Of a stretch of 64,000 bases of DNA, positions 46,840-56,348 are shown one piece after another. The notes beneath the pieces were generated by a model. It saw nothing but the letters and a program-made list of their open reading frames with translations. It was not told where the DNA came from and made no database searches. Position 1 is the first letter of the stretch; every line of letters begins with the position of its first letter. The stretch is from Parcubacteria group bacterium (lineage in GTDB: Bacteria > Patescibacteriota > Microgenomatia > UBA1400 > PJMF01), in NCBI GenBank assembly GCA_943350175.1, contig CALQZX010000001.1:21818-85817 (forward strand), read 5' to 3'. The translations under genes were made by a program, and so were the position numbers.

Positions 46840-47298
46840 TTAGTCGATCAGCTCAGCTAATTTTTCTACCCAGTTCTTGATGATTGCTTGATTTTCTTCC
46901 ATGTCTGGATAGCCATCAATGTGTAGGGTTTCGATGATTTTTGCTCCGTTCATCTCAGTCACAAAAGTTTTTTCCATGATTGTTGTTGCGCCGCAGAAAT
47001 GGACGTAGTTGCTGTCTCCAAGGCCAAAGATGGCGATTTTTTTGCCAGCTAGATTCGGTTTGGCAGTATTAATTCTTTCAATAAAATCATTAAAATCTGA
47101 AGCTGGTAGACCATCGTCCCAAGTGGAACAGCCAAAAATAAAGCCACTATAAGATCCAGTCAAGTCGCTCAAATCTGCATCAATGGCATTTTTGACGTCG
47201 ATTTCTTTACTTTTGCTACGTAGAAGCTCTTGAATTTTATATGCAACTCCTTCGGTATTACCTGTTAAGCTGCCGTAGATGAGTAAAGTGTTCGCCAT
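46840..47298 (-). CDS. Flavodoxin
   Basis: Probable start MANTLLIYGSLTGNTEG (FMN-binding T/SxTGxT loop); ORF track extends to 47337 via an upstream Met. Confidence 0.7.
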   Translation of the reverse strand: MANTLLIYGSLTGNTEGVAYKIQELLRSKSKEIDVKNAIDADLSDLTGSYSGFIFGCSTWDDGLPASDFNDFIERINTAKPNLAGKKIAIFGLGDSNYVHFCGATTIMEKTFVTEMNGAKIIETLHIDGYPDMEENQAIIKNWVEKLAELID

Positions 47299-47374
47299 AA
47301 TAAATTGATTGTAACAAAGACATAGGTAATTGACCATTCGTAAGTCAGGATCATCATTAGTAAAAGACTAAAAT

Positions 47375-49162
47375 ATGCTAAAATCTATATCTATGGACTT
47401 GGAATCACTCAACTGGAAAATTGCAGCAAAGGCTGGTGAAGGCGTAATGTCGAGTGCCAAGCTTTTTGCTAAAGCTTGTAAGAGACAAGGTTTATCAGTT
47501 TTTAATTATTACGAATATCCTTCTTTGATTAAGGGTGGTTTGCAAAGCGGTTTGGTTAGCGCTGCATTGCAGGGTGCCACTTGTCAGCGCAGACATTTAG
47601 ATCTGTTAATTATTTTTCATGAAAAATTTATCAATGACCATCTGGCAGAATTAGATGAGAATTCTTTGGTAATTATTAATGCCAATGCTTTTGATGCCAG
47701 TAAATATCCAGAGCTTAAAACTAAAGTTGTGGCGATAAATTTAACCAAAATTGCTAGAGATCAAGGTGCTAATCCTCTAGCTTCTAATATTGCAGCCATA
47801 GGTTTGAGTGCTTGCTTGTTTGGCATGGATTTGGGAATCATGGGCAGAGTGGCTGTTGAGGAGTTTGCCAAGAATAAAGAAGCTGCAGAAAAAAATCTTT
47901 TAGTCTTGCAAGCCGCTTTTAAATTGGCTCAACAGATGGTTGATGACAGTTCTCTGACGCCTTTTGGAAATTTGATAAATACCGGAGTTGATGAGCAGAT
48001 TCTCGTAAGTGGTAACGAGGCAATTGGCCTGGGAGCTTTGGCAGCAGGACTACAGTTCTACTCTGCTTACCCAATGACCCCAGCCACTGGTTTGCTCCAC
48101 TTTTTAGCGGAGCAGCAAAATGATTATCCAATTGTAGTCAAACATGCTGAAGATGAAATTGCTGCCATTAACCATGCTCTTGGCGCTTCTTTTGCTGGAG
48201 TGCGTGCCATGACTGGTAGTTCTGGCGGTGGCTTTGCCTTGATGGTAGAAGCTTTGTCTTTTGCTGGAGTGGCGGAGATACCACTGGTCGTTCTAGAAGC
48301 AGTTCGTCAGGGTCCGGCAACTGGCTTACCAACCTGGACTTCCCAGGGAGATCTGAATTTTATTCTAGGAGCTGGTCACGGAGACTTTCTAAGAGTGATT
48401 TTGACTCCAGGAGACGTGCAGGAGCATTTTGTTTTGTCCAAATTAGCAGTTGAGTTGGCAGAAAAATATCAATTGCCAGTTCTGATTATGTCTGACAAAT
48501 ATATTTTAGAGACCAATCAAACCATGCCTAAAATGCTTTTGAAACAAGAAAATAAGCGCTTCTCAATGCTCAATGATGGACAATTGGGAGAAACAGGTTT
48601 GACTGAAGGTGAATATTTGCGTTATAAATACAGTGAAAATGGCATTTCTCCCCGCTCTATTCCAGGTCAGGTCAATGCTTTGCAATTGAGTAATTCCTAT
48701 GAACATGACGAATATGGTTTCGCTATTGAAGATGCCATTACCACTAAAAAAATGGTAGATAAAAGAGCAGCTAAGCTAGAGGCTCTGCAAAAAGATTTGC
48801 CAAAACCTCTCTACTTAGGCTCCAAAAATCCAGAAAAAATCCTGATTTCTTTTGGTTCGACCATTAATGTCCTGAGAGACTTGTTGTTAGATGAGGCTGC
48901 CGCTAAGACAGCCGTCATTCATTTGCCTTGTGTCTGTCCTTTTCCAGCTCTCGAGTTAGAAGGACTACTTGAAGGCAAAAACGCTGAGGTTTTTGTTTTG
49001 GAAGGCAATGCGACTGGTCAGCTAGCAGCCTTGATTAAGCGAGAGACCAATTTGCCAAAATTACGTTCGATCTTACGTTATGATGGCAGACCTTTTTACA
49101 GTGAAGAATTGGTGGAATTTTTGAAAAATCAACAATTAAATGAACAATATCGATTAATATGA
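47375..49162 (+). CDS. 2-oxoacid:ferredoxin/flavodoxin oxidoreductase, fused gamma-alpha subunit
   Basis: N-terminal gamma-type domain then alpha core (GNEAIGLGALAAG..., YPITPAT-like YPMTPATG); 595 aa. Confidence 0.8.
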   Translation: MLKSISMDLESLNWKIAAKAGEGVMSSAKLFAKACKRQGLSVFNYYEYPSLIKGGLQSGLVSAALQGATCQRRHLDLLIIFHEKFINDHLAELDENSLVIINANAFDASKYPELKTKVVAINLTKIARDQGANPLASNIAAIGLSACLFGMDLGIMGRVAVEEFAKNKEAAEKNLLVLQAAFKLAQQMVDDSSLTPFGNLINTGVDEQILVSGNEAIGLGALAAGLQFYSAYPMTPATGLLHFLAEQQNDYPIVVKHAEDEIAAINHALGASFAGVRAMTGSSGGGFALMVEALSFAGVAEIPLVVLEAVRQGPATGLPTWTSQGDLNFILGAGHGDFLRVILTPGDVQEHFVLSKLAVELAEKYQLPVLIMSDKYILETNQTMPKMLLKQENKRFSMLNDGQLGETGLTEGEYLRYKYSENGISPRSIPGQVNALQLSNSYEHDEYGFAIEDAITTKKMVDKRAAKLEALQKDLPKPLYLGSKNPEKILISFGSTINVLRDLLLDEAAAKTAVIHLPCVCPFPALELEGLLEGKNAEVFVLEGNATGQLAALIKRETNLPKLRSILRYDGRPFYSEELVEFLKNQQLNEQYRLI

Positions 49163-50019
49163 CAGAAATTAATTTAGCCAACCTTATGTCGCCAGTTGCT
49201 CCAACGTGGTGCCCTGGTTGTGGCAATTTTAGTATCCTGACTGCCTTAAAACAGGCTTTGATTGAGCTCAAGCTAAACATGGAAGATGTGGTCATTGTTT
49301 TTGGAATTGGTTGTAGTGGAAATACTGCTGATTTCATCAAGTGTTATGGCTTGCATGGTCTGCACGGCCGAGGTATGGCTAATGCCATTGGAATTAAATT
49401 AGCCAATCACCGTCAAAAAGTAATTATGATTGGTGGCGATGGCGATGTTTATGGAGAGGGCCTCAATCATTTGGTGGCTGCTTGTAGAGGTAATCACGAT
49501 GTCACTGCCGTTGTTTTTAATAATCATCGTTATAGTTTAACCACTGGACAGTCTTCCCCAACTTCAAATAAGGGCACAATTAGCAAATCGACACCTCAGG
49601 GATTAATTGAAGATCCAATTGGAGTTTTAAGTATTGCCGTTAGTAATGGTGCTGGTTTTGTAGCCAGAGCTTACGCTGGTAAACTTAAGCAAATGGTTGA
49701 AATGATCAAGGCAGGCATTCTTTATGAAGGATTTTCTCTGATTGATGTGCAGCAGCCTTGTCCAACCTTTAATAAAGAACAAGATTACGCCTGGTATCAA
49801 CAAAATGTCTTTGACTTGCCAGTCGATTATGACCCCAGCAATCAAGGGCAAGCTTTAATGACACTTTTGGATAAAGACAAGCTTGGCCTGGGTATTTTAT
49901 ATCAAAACAATGCTCGCAAAGCATATCATGACGAAATTCCACAACTAAGTGAAAAGACTTTGATCGAGCAATTTCCAAAAGAAATCAATCTGAGCAAGGC
50001 AATCTCAGAGTTTATTTAG
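49159..50019 (+). CDS. 2-oxoacid:ferredoxin oxidoreductase beta subunit (TPP-binding)
   Basis: WCPGCGNFSIL, GIGCSG, GGDGD TPP/Mg motif. Start overlaps the alpha gene stop (ATGA). Confidence 0.8.
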   Translation: MTEINLANLMSPVAPTWCPGCGNFSILTALKQALIELKLNMEDVVIVFGIGCSGNTADFIKCYGLHGLHGRGMANAIGIKLANHRQKVIMIGGDGDVYGEGLNHLVAACRGNHDVTAVVFNNHRYSLTTGQSSPTSNKGTISKSTPQGLIEDPIGVLSIAVSNGAGFVARAYAGKLKQMVEMIKAGILYEGFSLIDVQQPCPTFNKEQDYAWYQQNVFDLPVDYDPSNQGQALMTLLDKDKLGLGILYQNNARKAYHDEIPQLSEKTLIEQFPKEINLSKAISEFI

Positions 50020-50047
50020 CCTCAAGCTTCTATTTAGCTCTAATCTT

Positions 50048-50740
50048 CTATTTAGCTTCGACTGTTATCGACTTGATGGAAACCGGATTAGCTGGTTTGG
50101 ACATTTCACCACTGAAACTGCTTGTGACCTTGGCGGTGGCGATTTTATCAACAACTTCAATGCCGGAAATAACTTTACCGAAAATAACGTAGTTTGGTTG
50201 TAAGCCATAGTCTTTATGCATGATAAAGAATTGACTCCCGTTGGTATTTGGACCGGCGTTGGCCATGGCGACTGTGCCACGAGAATACTCTCCTTGAAAT
50301 TCCTCATCATCAAATTGATAGCCAGGTCCGCCTGTGCCATCACCGCGAGGATCTCCGCCTTGAATCATAAAACCATCAATAGCTCTATGAAAGATAGTGT
50401 TGTCATAAAAGTTACTTTGAGCCAAGGAAATAAAGTTGTTGGCGGTGATTGGGGTTTCCTTGGTGTTCAAACTGATGATGATGTCGCCTTCACTGGTGTG
50501 TAAGGTGGCTTCATATTTTTTGTTTTGGTCGACGATCATTTCTGGTTTGTTCATTTTTTTGTTAGCTGACAGGGTGGCTGGCATGCTTTTATCCTCTTTG
50601 TTATTGTATTTGATATTAATGTTTTCTTGACCGATGGCTTCAAGGTTTTTATTGTTTTTGCTCATTTTTTTAATACTCAAGACGCTAACTAGTAAGAGAA
50701 AAATAACCAAAACAACCAATAAAATATTTTCTTTTGTCAT
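50048..50740 (-). CDS. Cyclophilin-type peptidyl-prolyl cis-trans isomerase, membrane-anchored
   Basis: FHRAIDGFMIQGGDP...GTVAMANAGPNTNGSQFFI; N-terminal TM. Confidence 0.85.
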   Translation of the reverse strand: MTKENILLVVLVIFLLLVSVLSIKKMSKNNKNLEAIGQENINIKYNNKEDKSMPATLSANKKMNKPEMIVDQNKKYEATLHTSEGDIIISLNTKETPITANNFISLAQSNFYDNTIFHRAIDGFMIQGGDPRGDGTGGPGYQFDDEEFQGEYSRGTVAMANAGPNTNGSQFFIMHKDYGLQPNYVIFGKVISGIEVVDKIATAKVTSSFSGEMSKPANPVSIKSITVEAK

Positions 50741-50752
50741 AAATATTTTTAA

Positions 50753-51412
50753 TTAATTTTTTAGAATATATTCGAGAATATCAGTAAATTTGTCTGCATA
50801 AAAGTCCACGTCAATGTTGACATTGGTGAAGGCTTGTTTGCTGATTAATTCACTTTCAAGAACAGCTACGAAATAAAGATTGGCTCCCTTAGCAGCGAAA
50901 CCATCTTTGAGGGCATTGCCAACGTAGACTGTCTCGGCAGGGGTAACGTCAAATTCATAGAGAGCTTTGTTAAAAACTCTTGGATCTGGCTTGAGGTGCT
51001 CAGAGTTGTCTCTGTGATAAAAAGCATCGATTCTGGTGCCAAGTGGATGATCTAGAGATATCATTGGCTTGACCTCGACATATGATCTGGAAGTGACGAA
51101 AGCAAGTTTTTTGCCTGCTTTTTTAAGCTCATCTAAAACAGCAAGATTTCTCTCAGGAATTGTATCCATTCTGCCATCTTTAATGGCCTCTGGGAACATT
51201 TTATCGAAACGTCTCATGAATTCACCAGCATTGATGCCTGGAATTCTCTCTTTGATGGCTTCCTTGAGGTTTTGACCCCAAGTTATGCGGTGAATGCTTC
51301 TGTCCATTGGCTTAAGGCCCATGGAAACGGCAATTTCGTTTTCGAAATTGAAGCAAGACTCTTCTGAAAGGCAAATGGTATCGTCAAAATCTAGTAAAAC
51401 TAATTTGATCAT
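50753..51412 (-). CDS. HAD-like hydrolase
   Basis: LVLLDFDDTI motif I; FVTSRS motif II. Confidence 0.5.
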   Translation of the reverse strand: MIKLVLLDFDDTICLSEESCFNFENEIAVSMGLKPMDRSIHRITWGQNLKEAIKERIPGINAGEFMRRFDKMFPEAIKDGRMDTIPERNLAVLDELKKAGKKLAFVTSRSYVEVKPMISLDHPLGTRIDAFYHRDNSEHLKPDPRVFNKALYEFDVTPAETVYVGNALKDGFAAKGANLYFVAVLESELISKQAFTNVNIDVDFYADKFTDILEYILKN

Positions 51413-51485
51413 GTTTATATTCTACCAAAAAATATGGAAAATGTTACGGAAAATTCTATTCACCAATAATAGCTTTGATCTTGGG

Positions 51486-52340
51486 TTAGATTTTCAGTTT
51501 TTCAGCAGCTATTCCAGCCGAGATAATTAGCACCCCACCCAGCATTTGGATTGGAGTAATCATGGCTTCACCCAAAAGAGAAACGGCCATAATAGAAACA
51601 AAAACTGGTGTGAATGAATAGACCATGGTGATGTAGGTGGCAGAGGCATTTTGATAAGCTTTAAATCTAGTAATTGTTCCAAGCAGATAGCTTAAAGTCA
51701 AAAGCATGATGAAAAAAAATGATTGTGGAATGACGATGGCTTGATTCATTAAGGCGATAATAATAATTGGAATGACTCCGATCAGAAAACTGCCGGAAGA
51801 ACTAAGACTGGTGCTCATTCTATTTGTAGCCATTTTGCCTAGAACGTTGTTGCCAAAAGCGACTAAGGCGGCTTCAGCTAAAGTAAAAAGATCTCCAGCT
51901 CCCAAAGAAATAGCTTGCCCCTTGGTAGTTAGCAAGTAAGCGCCGGCTAAAATTAGGGCTGCCAAAACAATCTTTTTTAAAGTTAATTTTTCACCCAAAA
52001 AAAGATAAGCAAAAACTATAGTAAAAAGAATCACGCTGCGCATCAAAAATGCATAATTTATCGCTGGACTGTATTTGATGGCAAAAGCTTCGAGGATGGT
52101 GGTGCCGACAGTACTGATGAGACCCATGCCCAGCAGAATGAGATAGTCTTTTTTGGTGGCTTGTTTAATTTCTGTTTTCCTTTTGGACAGAACAAAGATC
52201 CAATATGGAGTGGCTAGAATGGTTGTCCAAAAAGCAATGTTGTAAGCATTCTCCCCTGCTTTCAGTACAAATCTGGCGATAATAATGCTGATGGCCCAGA
52301 AAATAGAAGCTAAGAAAGTGAAGATGAAACCTTTACTCAT
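51486..52340 (-). CDS. DMT-superfamily (EamA-like) transporter
   Basis: 10 TM helices in two 5-TM halves; 284 aa. Confidence 0.6.
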   Translation of the reverse strand: MSKGFIFTFLASIFWAISIIIARFVLKAGENAYNIAFWTTILATPYWIFVLSKRKTEIKQATKKDYLILLGMGLISTVGTTILEAFAIKYSPAINYAFLMRSVILFTIVFAYLFLGEKLTLKKIVLAALILAGAYLLTTKGQAISLGAGDLFTLAEAALVAFGNNVLGKMATNRMSTSLSSSGSFLIGVIPIIIIALMNQAIVIPQSFFFIMLLTLSYLLGTITRFKAYQNASATYITMVYSFTPVFVSIMAVSLLGEAMITPIQMLGGVLIISAGIAAEKLKI

Positions 52341-52341
52341 A

Positions 52342-52659
52342 TTATTTCTTTGAATTTTTTATTTTTACGCCTTTTAAGCCAATGACGATCATTAATAATA
52401 AAGCTGTTTTTATTAAATAGTTACCTGGGCGGAGCAGCATTTCATTTAGGGCTGTTTGCTGTCCCACTAATAAATGTGTTAGCACTCCAATTGGCAGGGT
52501 TAGCCATAGCCACTGTGTTCTGCCAATATTTAAGCCAATTTTTCTTGTCATTTTTGACAAAAGTGGTGCGAGTAAATATATGCCGATGTAAGAAACAGCC
52601 AGATCAAAAATTGCTATTCCGCCAAATCTAAATTGTCTGAGATATGTGATCAAGTTCAT
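52342..52659 (-). CDS. Small membrane protein, hypothetical
   Basis: 105 aa, 3 hydrophobic helices; 1-nt gap to the downstream DMT gene. Confidence 0.3.
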   Translation of the reverse strand: MNLITYLRQFRFGGIAIFDLAVSYIGIYLLAPLLSKMTRKIGLNIGRTQWLWLTLPIGVLTHLLVGQQTALNEMLLRPGNYLIKTALLLMIVIGLKGVKIKNSKK

Positions 52660-52775
52660 TTTTTAGGTGCTCTATTGTCTAGCAAGTGTATTCCAAATCC
52701 TTTAATAAAGATAAATCATATCAGAGCAAACAGAGCTTTGCTATCTGCTCATAGCCTATATGAAAACTTTTTTTC

Positions 52776-53927
52776 TTGCTAATATATATGCATATGGAAA
52801 ATGAAATAAATATTGAATCTCAGAATCAATCAGATAGCAGTAATTTAATAAATCATGACTTATCAGTAAATTTTTCAAAAAAGAGTCGGTCTTTAAATAC
52901 TGTCTTCTTTGCTGTTCTGCTAATTATTACTGGCGTGGCTGTATTTTTTGGGTACAAATATTATCAGCTGCTCAATCAAACAAAAACTCTTAAAGAATTT
53001 AAAGACGCAGCTTTGAAAGTGAATGAAGTAATCACTTCGACTTTGACCCCAGCTGTGACTTCTGTTTTAGATTCTAGCTCGATTGCAGATTGGGAGACAT
53101 ATGAAAATTCATCACTTGGTTTTAAGATAAAATATCCGCCATCGATTGAAGTAGAAAAAGAATTTGACGATGCGAATAATAGAGCAACTTCTTTTTCTGG
53201 AGAAAATCTTAAATTTGAAGTAATGCTGCGTTCAAAAAACAGTGGCATTTCTTTGGACAGCTACTTCTACATGGATTCTCCAGTGTCTAGAAAAATTAAT
53301 TTATTGGGAAAATCAGCCAGTGTCTATGAGTTGGCTGATGGATATTGCGATGGTCCTGGATGTAGTGAACCATCAATAACTGTGGTTACAGAAAACGACT
53401 TAGAATTGTTTCACATTAGTTTTTTTGGAGATGCGGAGCTATCAAAATTAGAACAACAAGTGTTGGGAACTTTTGAATTTATTGATAAAACAAGTATGAC
53501 TATTGATAAGCAACCAAATCCACCAGCTGGCTGGATTGCCCATAATTTTCCTCTTAAAAGTTTAATAATTTATACTCCAGCAAAGTGGCAATCTAGTGCT
53601 GAAAATTTTGCAGACATTCCATCGACTTTACTTCGTTTCTGGGAAGCTGGCGATGAGAAAAATTCCACCATACAACTGAACATTACAAATAACTGGGATA
53701 ATATGGGAATTGGATCAAATTACACCTATTTCACTGTTGCTGGTGACATTCAAGCTTATAGAATTGACCCTCCTAAAATGGAAGAAAAAACTCTAGATAG
53801 ATACCAGACCAACTTTTATTTTGAAAGAAAAGGGCAAGTCTATTCACTACTTTGCGTGCACAATTGGATGAAAGCAAATATTGAGACTTGTGAAAAGATG
53901 CTGCAAACAATGAAGTTCACTGATTAA
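52776..53927 (+). CDS. Hypothetical membrane-anchored protein
   Basis: N-terminal TM (VFFAVLLIITGVAVFFGY), large extracytoplasmic region, no motif recognised. Confidence 0.3.
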   Translation: MLIYMHMENEINIESQNQSDSSNLINHDLSVNFSKKSRSLNTVFFAVLLIITGVAVFFGYKYYQLLNQTKTLKEFKDAALKVNEVITSTLTPAVTSVLDSSSIADWETYENSSLGFKIKYPPSIEVEKEFDDANNRATSFSGENLKFEVMLRSKNSGISLDSYFYMDSPVSRKINLLGKSASVYELADGYCDGPGCSEPSITVVTENDLELFHISFFGDAELSKLEQQVLGTFEFIDKTSMTIDKQPNPPAGWIAHNFPLKSLIIYTPAKWQSSAENFADIPSTLLRFWEAGDEKNSTIQLNITNNWDNMGIGSNYTYFTVAGDIQAYRIDPPKMEEKTLDRYQTNFYFERKGQVYSLLCVHNWMKANIETCEKMLQTMKFTD

Positions 53928-54000
53928 AAGTGATGGCACAAGTGGACTATGTGAGAACTTTCTATCAAATATCTATAATTCAAAATGATGTTAAAATTAA

Positions 54001-54717
54001 TTGTGTATGACTTCAGAATTACCAGGAAAAGAAAAAGAATTGCAGGGTTATAAATTGTCGGAGATTTTTGATATCTCAAAAATGGTCAGCTTTTATAATG
54101 AAAAAATATGGCCAATAATTTCATTTTCATATCTCAAAAAGATTAATTATTGGGTGCTTGGAAGAAAATTGCAAATAAAAGAAGGCGAAAAAATTTTAGA
54201 GGTTGGATCTGGTAGCGAAATAAATTACAGTGCTGTAGCTAAAAAGGTGGGAAAAGATGGTTTGTACGTTGCTCTCGATGTAGACGAAAAAGTTCAAGCA
54301 CGTGCAAAAAAATCATATTTATTTTTTCTTAAAGGAAACAAAGGTGAAGAAAAAGGAAAAGCAGAGCATGCGGTTGGAGATGGCGTAAATTCTTTGCCAT
54401 TTGCTGCCGACACTTTTGATAGCATTGTTGCGAGTAATTTTACTGGAATGAATAAAAATGAAAATATTTTTTCTACAAAAGGGTGGGATTTATTTTTGAA
54501 AGAAGCTTTGAGAGTGCTGAAACCAGGGGGAAAAATTGCTTCTTCTTATTTTGAGTTCCAAATTCCACTCGCATCTATTCTTTATTTTCATAAGTTCAAA
54601 AAAGCTGGATTTGAGAATGTTTCCCTTAGTCCAGGAAACCCATCTTTTATGTTAATAGGTATGCATTGGATAATTAGTGGTGTAAAACCAAACCAAGATT
54701 CAGGACAAGAATCATAA
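54001..54717 (+). CDS. Class I SAM-dependent methyltransferase
   Basis: ILEVGSGSE motif I, VALDVDE acidic motif II, LKPGGKI motif post-II. Confidence 0.55.
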   Translation: MCMTSELPGKEKELQGYKLSEIFDISKMVSFYNEKIWPIISFSYLKKINYWVLGRKLQIKEGEKILEVGSGSEINYSAVAKKVGKDGLYVALDVDEKVQARAKKSYLFFLKGNKGEEKGKAEHAVGDGVNSLPFAADTFDSIVASNFTGMNKNENIFSTKGWDLFLKEALRVLKPGGKIASSYFEFQIPLASILYFHKFKKAGFENVSLSPGNPSFMLIGMHWIISGVKPNQDSGQES

Positions 54718-54776
54718 AAAATTAACTTAATGCATATTGAAGATAACATTTAATTTATCTAAAAATTCTTTGCCAG

Positions 54777-54839
54777 TTCGAATCCAACTGTGGGTAACGC
54801 TGTTATAGTGACGCTGTCTTGAGGAGAAAAAATGGATGG
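54777..54839. repeat. 63-bp direct repeat copy A (tRNA-Gln downstream flank-like)
   Basis: ttcgaatccaactgtgggtaacgctgttatagtgacgctgtcttgaggagaaaaaatggatgg is about 95% identical to 55272..55334. Followed by a degenerate tRNA-3'-end-like 30 bp that is also present at 53927..53963. Confidence 0.8.
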
Positions 54840-54876
54840 CACAAGTGGACTATGTCAGAACTTTTTTTATGAATTC

Positions 54877-55236
54877 TTACTCTCGTTTAAATTTCTCATA
54901 AGCATTTTGTACAGATCTTCTATTTTGCTCATGAAAGTCTTTGAAAATATTAGATATTGGAACTCCACTGGTTAATCTTCTCATAAATGAATCAGCTATC
55001 TCTTGCAAATCTTCCAAATTTCCATCTATTGCTAAACTATCCTTAATTCTAGAAAAATCTGGTTTGCCATTATTGTTTTCAGTAAAAAAGACATGAAATC
55101 CAGTCCCTCCATGTGGAGTTGGGATAATGACTAAGTGAGTTTCATTATAAAACCCATGCGCTTGAGATCCCTTAAATTGAATTTCTCCATTTTTAATTTC
55201 TCCAGTATCCACAGCGCTTTCAGATGATTGAATCAT
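54877..55236 (-). CDS. Hypothetical protein (between the direct repeats)
   Basis: 119-aa ORF, no motif recognised. Confidence 0.3.
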   Translation of the reverse strand: MIQSSESAVDTGEIKNGEIQFKGSQAHGFYNETHLVIIPTPHGGTGFHVFFTENNNGKPDFSRIKDSLAIDGNLEDLQEIADSFMRRLTSGVPISNIFKDFHEQNRRSVQNAYEKFKRE

Positions 55237-55271
55237 ATTAAGTCTAAATTATATAAGAAAAAGGTATTTCG

Positions 55272-55334
55272 TTCTAATCCAACTGTGGGTACTGCTGTTA
55301 TAGTGACGCTGTCTTGAGGAGAAAAAATGGATGC
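55272..55334. repeat. 63-bp direct repeat copy B abutting the tRNA-Gln 3' end
   Basis: ttctaatccaactgtgggtactgctgttatagtgacgctgtcttgaggagaaaaaatggatgc. Its last 7 nt are the CCA/discriminator/acceptor of tRNA-Gln on the minus strand. Confidence 0.8.
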
Positions 55335-55401
55335 CCGACGTGGATTCGAACCACGATTGAAGGCTTCAAAGGCCTCTGTCCTGCCATTAGACGATCGGGC
55401 A
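55328..55401 (-). tRNA. tRNA-Gln (anticodon TTG), CCA encoded
   Basis: Reverse complement TGCCCGATCGTCTAATGGCAGGACAGAGGCCTTTGAAGCCTTCAATCGTGGTTCGAATCCACGTCGGGCATCCA. 3-bp D stem, anticodon loop CTTTGAA, T loop TTCGAAT. Confidence 0.8.
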
Positions 55402-55434
55402 ATCTGTTAAGAGGGCTCTATTATATTTCGGACC

Positions 55435-55471
55435 CTGTCTTTTTGCAATGCAACGTATTGCAAAAAGACAG
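55435..55471. other. Perfect 15-bp-stem hairpin (ctgtctttttgcaat-gcaacgt-attgcaaaaagacag) flanked by a 12-bp direct repeat
   Basis: Stem arms are exact reverse complements. atttcggaccct occurs at 55425 and again at 55496, the latter followed by a T9 run. Confidence 0.7.
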
Positions 55472-55519
55472 CAGGTACGAAAGATACCTTGCGTGAATTT
55501 CGGACCCTCCCTTTTTTTT

Positions 55520-56308
55520 TCAAAGGGCAGCAAGGACAAAATATTGATTTAGTCTATTTGACTTGCCATCAGCAAAAAAGCTATCAACTACTTTTAAACC
55601 ACTTCCTTTTGCGATTTCGATCATTTCTTCTTCATTGATTTGATGACAATAGCGAAATACTTGATTGGCTTTTTCGCCTTTTCGCCAATCCAGTAAAAAA
55701 TCATTTTTTTCTAAATTTATTGAGAGGAAAATCAACTTAATTTTTTGCCAAATATTTATTTTTGAATTTTTCAGAATTTTTTTTAAGTTTAAAATATTTT
55801 TTTCAAAGCGATCTTGCTCTTTAGCAAATTGCCAATTGCTTACTATTATCAAGCCTCCTTTACTCAAACTACTTTTCACACTTTCAAAAAGCGACCTTCT
55901 CAATTTAAAAGAAGCTAAATGATGAGTGAGTCCAAAAATCGTGATTAAGTTAAATTTTTCCTTAGTTTCTAAAATTATTTTTTGATTTTTCAAGTAATTA
56001 TCTACCAGATCAAAATATTTGAATTCTTGCTTCACATGCTTGTTTTTGGCAATTCTCAATAATTCTTTTGAATTATCTAAGCCCAAATAAGTGAAATCGC
56101 CGCATATATTTTTTTCTAGAAACTCAGAGAACCTACCGTTACCGCAAGCAATATCTAAAACATTTAAATTTTGTTTTTTTGGTGAAACTTCTAAGATCTT
56201 TTCCCATCCAGACCAAAAAAAGTTGCGACTGTCGCTAAAGTCTTCACTAATTTGTGCGTAGAAATCCTGATTAAGCTGATTAAAAGCTTTGATTAAATAA
56301 TTCTTCAT
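55520..56308 (-). CDS. Class I SAM-dependent methyltransferase
   Basis: VLDIACGNGRFS motif I, YLGLDNS motif II; 262 aa. Confidence 0.6.
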   Translation of the reverse strand: MKNYLIKAFNQLNQDFYAQISEDFSDSRNFFWSGWEKILEVSPKKQNLNVLDIACGNGRFSEFLEKNICGDFTYLGLDNSKELLRIAKNKHVKQEFKYFDLVDNYLKNQKIILETKEKFNLITIFGLTHHLASFKLRRSLFESVKSSLSKGGLIIVSNWQFAKEQDRFEKNILNLKKILKNSKINIWQKIKLIFLSINLEKNDFLLDWRKGEKANQVFRYCHQINEEEMIEIAKGSGLKVVDSFFADGKSNRLNQYFVLAAL

Positions 56309-56348
56309 CAGGGCTATTTTATGTCAGATCTGCGATATAATAAACACC

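Noticed and set aside
54775-54800. GTTCGAATCC T-loop-like sequence at 54777 read as the 3' end of an additional plus-strand tRNA
   Set aside because: Flanking bases do not form a T stem or acceptor stem and no upstream cloverleaf exists. It is part of the 63-bp direct repeat instead.
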